Shown here: positions 36,446 through 45,508 of the stretch, in pieces
Layout: the number at the start of each line of letters is the position of its first letter
Position numbering within the stretch: the stretch's first letter is position 1
Assembly (NCBI RefSeq): GCF_006345805.1
Contig: NC_042998.1
Location: 186,248,001-186,312,000 of the forward strand
Direction: 5' to 3'
Origin: Octopus sinensis
Taxonomy: Eukaryota
DNA: 64,000 nt
Translations under genes and position numbers: made by a program
The notes under the pieces: model-generated
What the model was told of the DNA's origin: nothing
What the model saw: only the letters and a program-made list of their open reading frames with translations
Database searches by the model: none

Positions 36446-39400
36446 CCCATGCTAGCATGGAAAACGGACATTAAACAATGATGATGATACATAATTTAGA
36501 GAAAAACCTCTATTAAGCAATTCAATAGTGAAAGACATTATTCACACCATATAGAAAAAAATATGCTATAAAAACCTTATTCTAAAAATCAATAAAGTAC
36601 ATAAACAATAAATAGTAAATAGTAGTATATTGACTACGCACGTTTCGTTGCTATATTTTCAAGTAGATAATGATAATAAAATCAATTCGCTTTGAAATTA
36701 AATTGATCTAAAATTAATTCTATTTAAAAATATAGTCACTCATCAGGTCTAAAATAATAATAATAATAATAATAATAACAATAATAAAATAAATGTACGT
36801 ATCTTAACTTATAATTATCATCAAATAAATATAGAAAAATACGTGTTTTAACAATATTACTTAAAATAAAACCATAACTTATCTTATCAAAGAATTTCTG
36901 TTAACTAAAACTTTAAATATAATACATAGAACTTAGCGTTTATAAGAAATATATTGCGTGAAAATATGGCATAAATAAAAATTATAGAATAAATAGATAG
37001 AAATATGTATTTAAGTTGTTAAAATGACAAAATCTATTTTAGCTGTGAGAATACGAAAAAATTAATTATAATATACCATTTACTGGAAAATTTTAAAGTC
37101 TAAATAATTTAAAACTAAAATATGTAAAATATATAATATACATTAATTAAGCTAAATTTCTATAATTTAATCTATTTTCATTAATTTATCTATTTATTTT
37201 ATAAACATCTTAGTTTAATCTTATAATCTTGTAATAATTTATACACATTTTACTACTACAAATTATAACTACAACAATTAGTAACATAAAATAGGGTTTA
37301 TATATATACACAAATTAGCTAAACTTATTATATAAGTAATTTAACTTATGTCTACATTTAATTTTTCGTTCATCCAAGGAAATAACCAAATTTTTATTAT
37401 TAATTAATAATATCTCCTTAAATTCATTAGTACATAATAAGCAAAAATTACTACCTATTCGATAAGATTTTGCCTTACAAACTATCTCCCAATTTAAATT
37501 GTACTTAATACTTTTAGATTTTAGTTCCCATATATATTTACTAAGGCCAGTAGAATTAATTAAATTTCTATTCTTAAAAGAATTTATGTATAGAGCCACC
37601 CGTAATTTAATTTTATTAGAAGTTTTTAACAAAGCATTATGTTTGTTATCTCACAAAATTATGATTGTTGTTTTTATGTCATAAATTTGGTTATCAATGT
37701 CATTATTGAAATCCTTATAACATCACTTGTAAGATTCAAAGATGTTTCCTGGTTGTGAAGGTTATGATGTTTGGTTTTATAACTGTTTATATAGTTAATC
37801 CTTTCCTTTGTCTTTACAGGTGAGCAATGCAACAACTGACCGACAACATGCTGACCTTGTCCTTGAACAATATGTTACCACTATAATTACTAGTATCATC
37901 ACAACATTTTTTAATTCCCCCTTCTCTGATCAAAGTACTACTGTTCAAGTAAGGCTTCAATTTTTGTCTTTGATTTTATTTTATTTTCTTGCTTTTTTTT
38001 TCCTTGGCATTTTAACAACTAAATAAAATAAGTAACTGTGTTTGACATTCAAAAGTTTCAAAGTCATGTTGTTAGATGTTGAAAAACTAATTAAAACATT
38101 TTCTACTCCTGGAATTTCTTTGTGTTCATAATCAAGATAAATTACCTGTTTTCATCAATCTGCTTTAAAATATATAACATAGGTAAGCTGTATTATCTAA
38201 CTACTGCCATCTTTCATCAGTCTAGCTGCCTAAAGTCTTGTTTAAAATATATGATATAGAGAAGAAATATTATCTATTTGTTCGTCAGTCTAACTGAAAA
38301 TATAAGAAGTATTATCTAACTACCTCCATCAGCTCAGCTGAAAATAAATATTTTCTTTTAAATACCAGAATGGTTGGCATTAATAAGCTAAAAGAAATCA
38401 AACTAAAGAACATCCTGTGTCAAATCAATCAAATTATAGATAATAGAGAGTAAAAGGTTTACAAGTTATCTTTTTTTTTTTAACTGTAATACTTACTATA
38501 GAAATAATTTAGCTTCTTAACCCTTTTGTTACCAACCTAGCTGAAACCGGCTCTGGCTCTGAGTACAAATGTCTTGTTTTCAAACGTTTTGAATTAAAAT
38601 CTCCCACCAAACCTTAGTCGCAATTTATGTTCCTAACACTAGCTTAATGATAAGTTATTTTACTAAATTCTTTGTTATATTTAAATTAAATGAAAGAAGC
38701 ACAGAGCATCTCAAAATAAATACAGTAATGAAAAAGGTTAAAGCTTTATAGTTCTATGTTGTAATTGTCAGATACTTTGTGAAATACAAATTTCACTGAA
38801 ACGCTCCAATGGTTATTATCAATTATCTCACGAAATACATTTTTTTTTTTGTTCAATAGACAAGGCAACCTGTGTTTATAAAACTACTTCAGGGTGTACA
38901 CCGATTGTCCCAATGTTTGTGGCTGAATGGTGTGCAACGATATAATGTTGAAAATTGCATCAAAACTCTTGCTGATATTGGTGAGATATTTTTCATTTAT
39001 ACATGTCTTTTTCCTCGCTATTAATATCTAGAATGTTACCATATAAATATATAACTATGCTAAGGTATGACTATAATACCAAGTTACTCTGTTACTATCT
39101 GTGATATTAGTATACCATGCTAGTACTATCCAACTATATTACCTATGTCAAGTGCTAGTACAAAAATATGCCAGTATGGTACTATGCAATCATTACCATG
39201 CCACTGTTACTGTCTAGCACATCATTATACCAGTATGTTGCTGTGCAACTATATTACTATTTCTCCCCATTACTATCTGTCGTGTTTGTATACTACTATG
39301 ATACTATGCAATTATATTACAGTCTATGTCCAACATATATATCACTACACCTTGCCAAGAAGGCTGAGGGTGTCTTGGCATCACTTACCAACTCCTTTGT

Positions 39401-42400
39401 GAGCCACTCTCCGGCTATCTGAGGCTTCATATAGCTATGAAAATAATACAATTATGTCTTTTTACATGACACTTTTACGAGTGCTTTTTACATGACATCG
39501 GCACAGGACTCTTGCTGCTCAATCCTCACCACCAGGGAGACTGGTTTTAACACTTCTGCTGCATGATGCTAATTCTATACTTTGATGTGTTGCTTCCTGC
39601 TTCAGTAATACATGAATCATAGATTTTCCACCCACTTTCCTACATTAGTCTCAGAGGTCTGAAAACGTCATTCCTCTGATAAGGCCATAAATTTCTTTAC
39701 TTTTAAAAAAAAAAATATAAATATGTTCATGTCACTCTGTTACTATGATACAATATCACTCAGTCCTGATGGTGCTATGTTACTATACCACAGTGCTAGT
39801 GTATCAGTATGACATTATACCACCACTATGACTGCACTATATTGCTACATCACTATTTTACCATATACCACTGCCATTATGTCATGACAAGGCAAGCAAC
39901 CAACCACTATTATGCTTCTAAACTTCTTTTAAAAAACTTATGAAATCTGAAATTTCTGTACTAGTTATTGCTAATTATTACTATATTATTATATTATTAC
40001 TGTAAGTTATCAAACACCACCCATCTTTTATTTTCTTACTTAGACCATATTACAGACAATGTAAACTTTCACTGATTAAAATAAAGGATTACCCATCCAC
40101 CTTTCTTATTAATTTTTCACACCTTTTTCTACTGATTTTTGTTGCAGCAAAGAACCGCAGTATTGCAATTCCTGTTGATTTAGCCACACAAGTAAAGAAT
40201 TTGTTTGAGAAGTCTCAGATTGTCATGAAGCACACCAAGCATTGGATAGCTACTGGCAGAAAACGAGAGTCTCTTCATTCAAGTACTGTGTCCCGGGATT
40301 ATAGAGTCATCATTGAAGGTTTACAGGTGAGTGAGTTCCTGACCTTCTCATATGTATCGTTAGTCACTTCTTGCAAAAATTCCTTGCTTCAGTTCTGTTT
40401 TGCGTTTTATTTCTTATTTATGTATCCAGTATTTTTATGCCCATGATTATATTTTTATTACACTTATTACACCTGAGTATTCTGCCTACTGCTTGGCATG
40501 AAAGCTGTTTTTCTTCCATCAGCAAAATTATGGCAAACAAAGTTAAGTATTCTGCACAAAAGGTGTAAGATTTAAACTTATAACTGTACGAAGATGTACT
40601 TTGATACCTTGGCCATAGTCAGGTGACTTTTTAGTTTTCTATATTTACTTGAATGTCTTCTGTTATCTGCTATTATCCATTTTCTCTACTGGTTAGTTAA
40701 GGATCAGCTGGATTTGATTTTGGTCCTAGAAACTTACAAATAGGTTGTTTGAGTGTATTACATCTTGAGACAGTGTGTATTACAATATCTTGTTCAAGAG
40801 CAACAAAAGCAACATTAACGATCAAATATGAAATTCTGATTAATAATCTAAACCTTTAATCGATGACTATCATGAATTGAAAACATTTTTCCACAATACC
40901 AGCAGACTTTCAAAATATTTATATCTGTGTGTGTGTGAAAAAATATCTACCCTGGGTGAGAAGTATAAAAGACAAAAACCAGACACAAACACATAAAATT
41001 TTAAAAACAGAGCATTAACAAAAAAAAAACTTTTTTTCTTTATTGTCAAGTGAAAATAAGAAGTAGATTGTCTAAGAACAAGAGGTTATATAAACAGAAT
41101 GGAAAGAGGAAGAGATTAGCATGAACAGACATTACAAAACAAAATGGTAAAACAAGGCCGAAATGAATTGATTCCTTTCATTTGATGTCAACTAAACATT
41201 TTCCTTGGTTGGTTTTGAATACCTTCTGATGAGACTACAATGTTTAGCAGTGTTTGATAACAACTGTGGCTACTATTATGACACTATTACAGAACATGGT
41301 GATAAAATAAGCAAATGAGGGACAAACAAGAAGGACAAACAAGAAACGTAAATATTCATATGACCAAGACAGAACAAGTGTCAAGAGAAAAATATAGGGA
41401 AGACTTTCACCTAGGGAATAGAAAATAACAGAAAAGAGAAGACATCTGAACTGGGTGGCGTTCAAACAGTTAATGATAGAAAGCTGGAGGGAAAAATAAG
41501 AAGAGAGAAGTGAGTTGCCTTATTTGCAAATACAATCCTGAATTGGGGCAAAACAAATAAAACTGACATAAAAATTTTGACTCTACTTTTAGTATTGAGT
41601 CTTCTCATCAGTAAATGTACAATTATCATTCTTAAGATTGCTTTAAAATGATAACCTTCTTGAAGTGGTCACGACTGAGATGCATTTCACCATGCTTTAC
41701 CAGTTTCATGTTGTGTGCCTCTGCCAACAACATCAATGGAATTGAGTGGTCTTTGTCATCTGTTAGAATGTCAAAGTCTCCAAAATATAGCATTCAATAT
41801 GGTCTGGTCTTCAACACAGTAGCTATGGCCAGCAAAGCCTGCCTTGCATTGAGCAACAATAGCAGGGGTGAGAGGAATATGTCTATAAATCTTCTCTTTA
41901 GCTTTGTATTCATGCTATGAAATGTTTCATACCCTCAAGAGAAACTTGTATCATATGATGTGATTCCAGCTATTCCAGACCTGCCGAAATGGACTGAACT
42001 TCTCATATGGCTATTTGCTAATACACACACACACACATGCATGCACACACACACACACAAACACACACATATACACACACGTAAAATGGGTGTACATAAA
42101 TGCATCTGCACATATTTCTATGCATTATGAATAAGATGAAATCTTTGAATTAAAACCTAGATTGAAACTGTTCTCATCTATAAACTTACTCTACATTAAA
42201 AAAAAAAAAATGGTAAGCATGGGTTTATTAACCTTTCATGCAGAAATGACATCTTTTAAATTACAGGAAATTGTAGCTCTTCTGGAAGAACAGCTGAAAC
42301 CTTTAGTCCAAGCTGAGATGTCTGTGCTTGTTGATGTCCTTCACCATCCCGAGCTCTTGTTCGTTCATGGAACAGAAGCTCGTATCAAATGTGAAAGTGG

Positions 42401-43760
42401 AGGTTTTATTTCTAGGTATGTTTCTGATTCTGTCATTTTTCTTTTATCAATCTCTTAACATATTTATATTCATATAACTTTATTTCTATCTGTTCATCTA
42501 CAGCTATATATGTATCTAGTTATCAGCTTCTATGTAGCTATCTCTATCAGTCATGCACCATTTAAAAAAAAATTGGCAAGAATTTCTACATGATAGTACA
42601 ATTTTAATTGTTGTTTAGCCCCAGGTCAACTATTATTCAGAGGATGTATAAGCATCACCTTACTGGTACTTGTGCCAGTGGCATGTGTAAAAAGAATTGA
42701 GCGAGGTTGTTGCCAGAGTACCGCCTGACTGGCCCCCATGCCGGTGGCACATAAAAGCACCCACTACACTCTGAGTGGTTGGCGTTAGGAAGGGCATCCA
42801 GCTGTAGAAACTCTGCCAGATCAAGATTGGAGCCTGGTCCCACCATCTGGCTCGCCATCCCTCAATCAAATCGTCCAACCCATACTAGCATGAAGCAGAC
42901 GTTAAATGATGATGATGATGATGATGATTCCAGCTATGAACATCCTAACTTTCTTTCAGATATAGTATATCTAGGGCCATATCCAATGTGTTCTGCCTCT
43001 TTTTAGGACAATATAGTGTGGTTCAAGGAAGATTTGACTGCCATTTCTAGCAGATTGATCAACCACATAGAGGTGTTGTAGTTAGCTTGCAGTTTTGATA
43101 GATACGTTTGAGTGAATGATTCATTTCATTGGTTGACCTTCATCTTACTTCCATACACAACATGGATTAAGTTTACCACACAAGAATTGGAACAGTTCCT
43201 CATACAGGCCTCTACACACTTTACCTCTACAATGTTTTACTTGTAGAACTTTGGCTGACCTGAGGGTATCATTATCATACAAGACACTTGCCCAAGTTGC
43301 TGTATAGTGGCATTGAACTCAAAACCACTTGGTTGCAAAATAGTTTGTTTAACTTGTATGTTTTCAATAGATTGAATCAACAGCCAAGCTTCAGTTCTTA
43401 ATTAGCATTGCTTCTATAGTGATGTTGATTAAGTGACATCCTATAATTTACTAAGCATGAGAGAAAGAGGGATCACCATTTTGTATGTAATGACAAAAAA
43501 ATAAGAATTTGTGAAATCATCATCATCATCATCGTTTAACATCTACTTTCCATGCTAGCATGGGTTGGATGATTTGACTGAGGTCTGGCGAACCAGATGG
43601 CTGCACCAGACTCCAATCTGATCTGGCAGAGTTTCTACAACTGGATGCCCTTCCTAACACCAACCACTCCGAGAGTGTAGTGGGTGCTTTTACGTGCCAC
43701 CGGCACGTAGGCGGTAAGGGCAATGGCCACGATCAAATGGTGCTTTTTATGTGCCACCTG

Positions 43761-43802
<42 letters not shown>

Positions 43803-44775
43803 AATTATTAAGTTTGAAAACGGAGAGATCTAATGGATACAAATTATTTATTACTGAAGGTAATGCGTTAACATATAAGGTTAACTGAAGGAAAGCTTGT
43901 AACATCACATGAACATATTCTTTTGCAACCACACCTCCATGTAAATGAAGCAAATGTACATGCATACGAGTGCATATGTGAGTGGCCTGACCCAATGCTT
44001 GTCTTTGAATCGACAGACATGAGTGGCGCAAATTTAGAAATCTGTTCCTTTTTATAAGGGGTGAACTGGAAGCTTCTAGAATGTTCAAGAACTTTCTAGA
44101 AGGTTGAGGGAGATTACTCTCGTTAAATCCCTTTTCATTTTGCTTACCTGCTTGACTGCCAGGGTTCACTACGCTTCTCTTTTATTAATATTTATAAGGA
44201 AAGCTTTTAATGTCACAGTATCCTTTTGTTTTTAACAAACAAAATGTATCTGATATTAACTTGTTTTAGATTATTTCTAGTTGAATGCTATTATTTATGT
44301 TCTTATTTATTGAATGCCATTATATCAAATGGATCATACATTTTACACTTCTGCTTCAGTTGGTTTTGGATGTAAATAACATGTTTTTCCATTTACATAT
44401 ATATCCTCTGTCCTATACCAATTTAGTCTTGTAATAAGAATTGTAACAAAAATAGGACAAAAATCTCTAATTGGAGCCAAACTGGCCCATCTCTAATTAG
44501 TTCATTTTTGTTAGTAAAATGTTTCTCAAAGCATGTAGACGTTATAGGAATATGTATCAATTAAGCAAACTATAACCAGAAAGTTGGATCCAGTTTAGTT
44601 CATCACTGATCCACAGTCAATTATCCAAAAAAATCACATTGACCACTTCTTATAATTTTTCAGACTGATCAAGCACACAGAACGTTTACTGGAGGAGAAA
44701 GAGGAAAGATTATGTATCAAGGTACTTCAAACTTTGAAAAAAATGATGACTGTCGATATTGATTATGGGGAAAAG
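8125..44775 (+). CDS. ITPR: Inositol 1,4,5-trisphosphate receptor, partial multi-exon CDS (23 exons, central regulatory/coupling region)
   Basis: Spliced frame contains hallmark IP3R strings: [115 protein letters not shown]. All 22 introns are GT-AG with compatible phases; summed length 3145 nt. Confidence 0.98.
9768..9983 (+). CDS. ITPR: ITPR exon w2 [12 protein letters not shown]...EEEDVILVW...KSIRELA...DRDILEYY(R)
   Basis: ttggcag| acceptor after poly-T, AG|gtaagt donor; matches EEEVWLFW...SVRELAQ...DRDILSYYR. Confidence 0.96.
10695..10747. repeat. (ATT)n microsatellite
   Basis: Direct reading. Confidence 0.95.
11466..11680 (+). mobile_element. tRNA-derived SINE (family B)
   Basis: gcgagctggc...ttctgagttcaaattccgcc...tttcaggg..gataaattaagtac core. 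Confidence 0.8.
11740..12140 (-). mobile_element. Two partial family B SINE copies separated by (AAT)n
   Basis: Reverse-complement core gaaaggcaaagttgacc...tttgaactcagaac seen twice; (AAT)n at ~11887-11937. Confidence 0.75.
12381..12590 (+). mobile_element. tRNA-derived SINE (family B), near full length
   Basis: ggcggcaagctggcagaaacgttagcac...ttagccccttgtgggcaataaagaaata. Confidence 0.85.
12940..13035 (+). CDS. ITPR: ITPR exon w3 [31 protein letters not shown](K)
   Basis: ttcacag| and |gtaagt; [10 protein letters not shown] motif. Confidence 0.97.
13190..13408. mobile_element. MITE with TTAA target duplication (piggyBac-like)
   Basis: TTAA|CCCTTTAGT ... ACTAAAGGG|TTAA terminal inverted repeats. 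Confidence 0.8.
13944..14099 (+). CDS. ITPR: ITPR exon w4 [51 protein letters not shown]
   Basis: ctttag| and GA|gtgagt; nearly identical to ITPR1 motif. Confidence 0.98.
14461..14692 (-). mobile_element. tRNA-derived SINE (family B), near full length
   Basis: Reverse complement of the 12381-12590 family sequence. Confidence 0.85.
15171..15589 (-). mobile_element. tRNA-derived SINE (family A), full length
   Basis: Reverse complement of 48551-48915, including head ggagtggctg.gtggtaagtagcttgc and tail aagtaaaagagt. Confidence 0.88.
15862..16015 (+). CDS. ITPR: ITPR exon w5 [29 protein letters not shown]...NELTYE
   Basis: gatcag| and GAG|gtaata; RFA.TM.FVE.YL motif. Confidence 0.95.
16885..17026 (+). 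CDS. ITPR: ITPR exon w6 [32 protein letters not shown]...LVD
   Basis: ctctag| and G|gtaagt; [16 protein letters not shown] motif. Confidence 0.97.
17728..17837 (+). CDS. ITPR: ITPR exon w7 [36 protein letters not shown]
   Basis: ttacag| acceptor, CAG|gttgtt donor (weak); [11 protein letters not shown] motif. Confidence 0.93.
17879..18391 (+). mobile_element. Non-autonomous Helitron-like element
   Basis: 5' TCTATATATATAAA, 3' GC-rich hairpin CCCGAGCAACGCCGGG then CTAG; inserted between A and T. Confidence 0.8.
18923..19359 (+). mobile_element. Second, 5'-truncated copy of the same Helitron-like element
   Basis: High identity by eye to ~17948-18391; same 3' hairpin and CTAG-T end. Confidence 0.8.
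19690..19780 (+). CDS. ITPR: ITPR exon w8 [30 protein letters not shown]
   Basis: ttgcag| acceptor; RLDYRI.CLL.IFKREF motif; donor G|gtcttt is weak, so the 3' end is less certain. Confidence 0.9.
20437..20515 (+). ncRNA. Degenerate type-I hammerhead-like motif
   Basis: UAUG-CUGAUGA-A...UUCC-GAAA-CACG-UA-CAUG; stem I 4 bp, stem II mismatched. Confidence 0.5.
21587..21638 (+). CDS. ITPR: ITPR exon w9 (A)[16 protein letters not shown](S)
   Basis: poly-T-ag| and AG|gttaga; matches ALDFEHIEEQAEGIFGG. Confidence 0.9.
21800..22150 (+). mobile_element. SINE-like repeat (family D)
   Basis: (CAT)n-ttaacgtccg...ctacagctggatgcccttcctaacgccaaccactcc. Confidence 0.8.
22315..22378 (-). mobile_element. 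64-bp mini-Helitron derivative
   Basis: Only the two termini of the 54503-54896 element joined (CTAGCAGTAT...GAAGGCTACCAAACCTGC...TTTATATATATAGA). Confidence 0.7.
22925..23220 (-). mobile_element. tRNA-derived SINE (family C)
   Basis: Reverse complement of the ggaggcgcaatggcctagtggttagggcagcggactcgc head. Confidence 0.82.
23236..23700 (+). mobile_element. SINE-like repeat (family D) with short internal repeats
   Basis: Family D core plus repeated ttgcctcc(a/g)tgag units. Confidence 0.7.
23790..24180 (-). mobile_element. RTE-clade LINE RT fragment
   Basis: Minus strand reads [11 protein letters not shown]...[16 protein letters not shown]...KGRLYD...MLHGSKTW...[12 protein letters not shown]. 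Confidence 0.85.
24274..24439 (+). CDS. ITPR: ITPR exon w10 [21 protein letters not shown]...[23 protein letters not shown]
   Basis: ttccag| and |gtatgt; conserved motif. Confidence 0.98.
25075..25248 (+). CDS. ITPR: ITPR exon w11 [17 protein letters not shown]...[32 protein letters not shown]
   Basis: tttaag| and AAA|gtaaaa; conserved N-terminal two thirds. Confidence 0.95.
25990..26640 (-). mobile_element. Degenerate non-LTR retrotransposon RT fragment
   Basis: Minus-strand remnants [13 protein letters not shown] (~26500-26560) and NGVPQGS (~26150). Confidence 0.6.
26939..26977 (+). CDS. ITPR: ITPR 39-nt micro-exon w12 [13 protein letters not shown]
   Basis: ttctttag| and TGG|gtgagt; phase 0-0; lies in a variable linker, so it is supported by splice signals rather than homology. 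Confidence 0.75.
27665..27864 (+). mobile_element. Family A SINE, 3' half
   Basis: ...aaaggtggtgctccagcatggccacagtcagatgactgaaacaaataaaagaat. Confidence 0.8.
28047..28139 (+). CDS. ITPR: ITPR exon w13 [31 protein letters not shown]
   Basis: atctag| and GAA|gtaaga; SAIDL..GP...NYK resembles invertebrate IP3R linker preceding IL.RL.KLC. Confidence 0.88.
28766..28856 (-). ncRNA. Type-I hammerhead ribozyme (left arm of palindrome, antisense to ITPR)
   Basis: Exact reverse complement of the 29056-29146 motif. Confidence 0.8.
29056..29146 (+). ncRNA. Type-I hammerhead ribozyme (right arm of palindrome)
   Basis: Stem I UUUUAG/CUAAAA; CUGAUGA 29062-68; stem II GUACGGGAC/GUCCUUGUAU; GAAA 29129-32; palindromic stem III ACGAUCGU; GUA cleavage triplet 29138-40. 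Confidence 0.8.
29260..29611. repeat. Inverted repeat, ~138-bp arms with 76-bp spacer
   Basis: 29260-29398 pairs with 29475-29611; each arm carries a CUGAGGA-UGCAUCUCAU-GAAACACGUGUU hammerhead-like motif. Confidence 0.93.
29801..29835 (+). ncRNA. Minimal hammerhead-like motif with decayed stem III
   Basis: GUUU-CUGACGA-A-GAGC-UCU-GCUC-GAAA-CAUU-AAAU. Confidence 0.6.
30321..30461 (+). CDS. ITPR: ITPR exon w14 [12 protein letters not shown]...[25 protein letters not shown]
   Basis: ctacag| and |gtaagc; [18 protein letters not shown] motif. Confidence 0.98.
30690..30990 (-). mobile_element. CR1/L2-type LINE 3' fragment
   Basis: [42 protein letters not shown] matches TRGH..K...FFS.RV...WN.LP. 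Confidence 0.85.
31035..31222 (-). mobile_element. Family B SINE
   Basis: Reverse-complement core present. Confidence 0.75.
32345..32424 (-). ncRNA. Degenerate hammerhead-like motif
   Basis: Minus strand CUGAUGA-U-GUCUUGAGCUA...UAGCAGAUCAC-GAAA-CACG-GUU; stem I weak. Confidence 0.45.
32925..33066 (+). mobile_element. Family B SINE, 3' half, ~60 nt upstream of exon w15
   Basis: ccgccgaggttgactttgcc...ttagccccttgtgggtagtaaa. Confidence 0.82.
33129..33254 (+). CDS. ITPR: ITPR exon w15 [42 protein letters not shown]
   Basis: tttcag| and |gtaagt; [14 protein letters not shown] motif. Confidence 0.98.
33745..34516. repeat. Three copies (+,-,+) of a 70-125-bp repeat forming inverted pairs
   Basis: 33745-33814 pairs with 33967-34036; ~33911-34039 pairs with 34391-34516. 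Confidence 0.85.
33825..33869 (+). ncRNA. Compact hammerhead-like motif (variant core)
   Basis: Stem I UCUGUG/CACAGA; CUGAUGA; AGG/CCU; extra G before GAAA; U-CACG-G; GUA triplet. Confidence 0.6.
34654..34854 (+). CDS. ITPR: ITPR exon w16 [11 protein letters not shown]...[27 protein letters not shown]...QDMVMAE
   Basis: tttcag| and |gtaagg; strong conservation. Confidence 0.98.
35228..35479 (+). CDS. ITPR: ITPR exon w17 [14 protein letters not shown]...[23 protein letters not shown]...CIPE
   Basis: ctgcag| and |gtgagt; strong conservation. Confidence 0.98.
36142..36267 (+). CDS. ITPR: ITPR exon w18 [42 protein letters not shown]
   Basis: ttgcag| and |gtaagt; nearly identical to ITPR1. Confidence 0.98.
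36632..36749 (-). ncRNA. Type-I hammerhead ribozyme downstream of the PLE ORF
   Basis: Minus strand GAC-CUGAUGA-GUGACUAUA...UAUAGCAAC-GAAA-CGUGCG-UA-GUC. Confidence 0.72.
37315..37790 (-). mobile_element. Penelope-like retroelement, GIY-YIG endonuclease C-terminal fragment
   Basis: ORF 37315-37632: SF...[11 protein letters not shown]...YNLNWEIV...FCLLCTNE...I...KCRH fits the remembered PLE motif T.LS.YIW.LK...W.I...C.LC..EK..I...CRH; a stop codon upstream indicates decay. Confidence 0.8.
37820..37948 (+). CDS. ITPR: ITPR exon w19 [12 protein letters not shown]...[16 protein letters not shown]
   Basis: ttacag| and |gtaagg; SPFSDQSTT motif. Confidence 0.97.
38521..38737. mobile_element. MITE with TTAA flanks (piggyBac-like)
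   Basis: TTAA|CCCTTTTGTTAC ... GTAATGAAAAAGG|TTAA imperfect TIRs. Confidence 0.7.
38860..38980 (+). CDS. ITPR: ITPR exon w20 [22 protein letters not shown]...[11 protein letters not shown]
   Basis: caatag| and G|gtgaga; TRQPVF..LLQG motif. Confidence 0.97.
40148..40326 (+). CDS. ITPR: ITPR exon w21 (A)[11 protein letters not shown]...RKRESLH...[12 protein letters not shown]
   Basis: ttgcag| and |gtgagt; IAIPVDL and SRDYR.IIE.LQ motifs. Confidence 0.97.
42267..42415 (+). CDS. ITPR: ITPR exon w22 [32 protein letters not shown]...KCESGGFIS(R)
   Basis: ttacag| and AG|gtatgt; [19 protein letters not shown] motif. Confidence 0.98.
42655..42928 (-). mobile_element. SINE-like repeat (family D)
   Basis: Reverse-complement core with (GAT)n end. 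Confidence 0.8.
43517..43765 (+). mobile_element. SINE-like repeat (family D)
   Basis: (CAT)n...ttccatgctagcatgggttgga...gagagtgtagtgggtgcttttacgtgccaccggcac. Confidence 0.82.
44664..44775 (+). CDS. ITPR: ITPR exon w23 [37 protein letters not shown]
   Basis: tttcag| and AAG|gtaaca; [20 protein letters not shown] motif. Confidence 0.98.
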
Positions 44776-45487
44776 GTAACAATATGTTTTATATTATTTA
44801 TCTATTTTTACATAGTCAGCAATTATATCATTGTTTTTTTTTTGTTGTTTTTTTTTCAACATAGCAAAGTATCCATGAAACATTCCATACTTTATGGTAT
44901 ACAAAATACCAGGAATAAGATATTGCATTGCATATCTTATTATCTTGGATGATTCCATCAGCATACTATATCTGCTAAAGCCATTTTTAAAAGTCTTCAA
45001 TTGCCTCTATTAGTCACTTATATTGTCTATATATGTCTGGAAAACAATTACATTACTAACACTCATACTGTCTGTCAAAAAACTTATATAGACTTTGATT
45101 TTGTATAGACTTTAAGAATTACTAATTTTTCATCACTTTCTTCTTTATTTAGGAATTAAGGTATGTTAGACACATTCGGTATATAGACATAAGATTCATA
45201 TTTCATGTTCTTTTTTCAGTGTGCTCAAAATTATACATTTAATCAGCCATAACTCTACTACTATCATGTTCTTTCCTTGGATGGTCTTATATCATGTTCA
45301 AATTCTTTAAATGACGGAACAGTATTTTTACAAAGTAAAGTCGATATAGAATTGATGAGGATAGTTTTCAAACAACACTGATTCCAATTTAAATTCAATT
45401 ATATTTAATAATCTCAATTGTTGACAATAAAATTGTACTTAATCTATTAACAATAGAACTTGTAAAGGAGTGATTTACTCTAGCATT

Positions 45488-45508
45488 TTAGGGTTAGGGT
45501 TAGGGTTA
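45488..45508 (+). repeat. Short interstitial telomere-like repeat (TTAGGG)3TTA
   Basis: Direct reading. Confidence 0.85.

Noticed and set aside
37499-37684. Plus-strand 61-aa ORF
   Set aside because: Antisense shadow of the PLE endonuclease ORF
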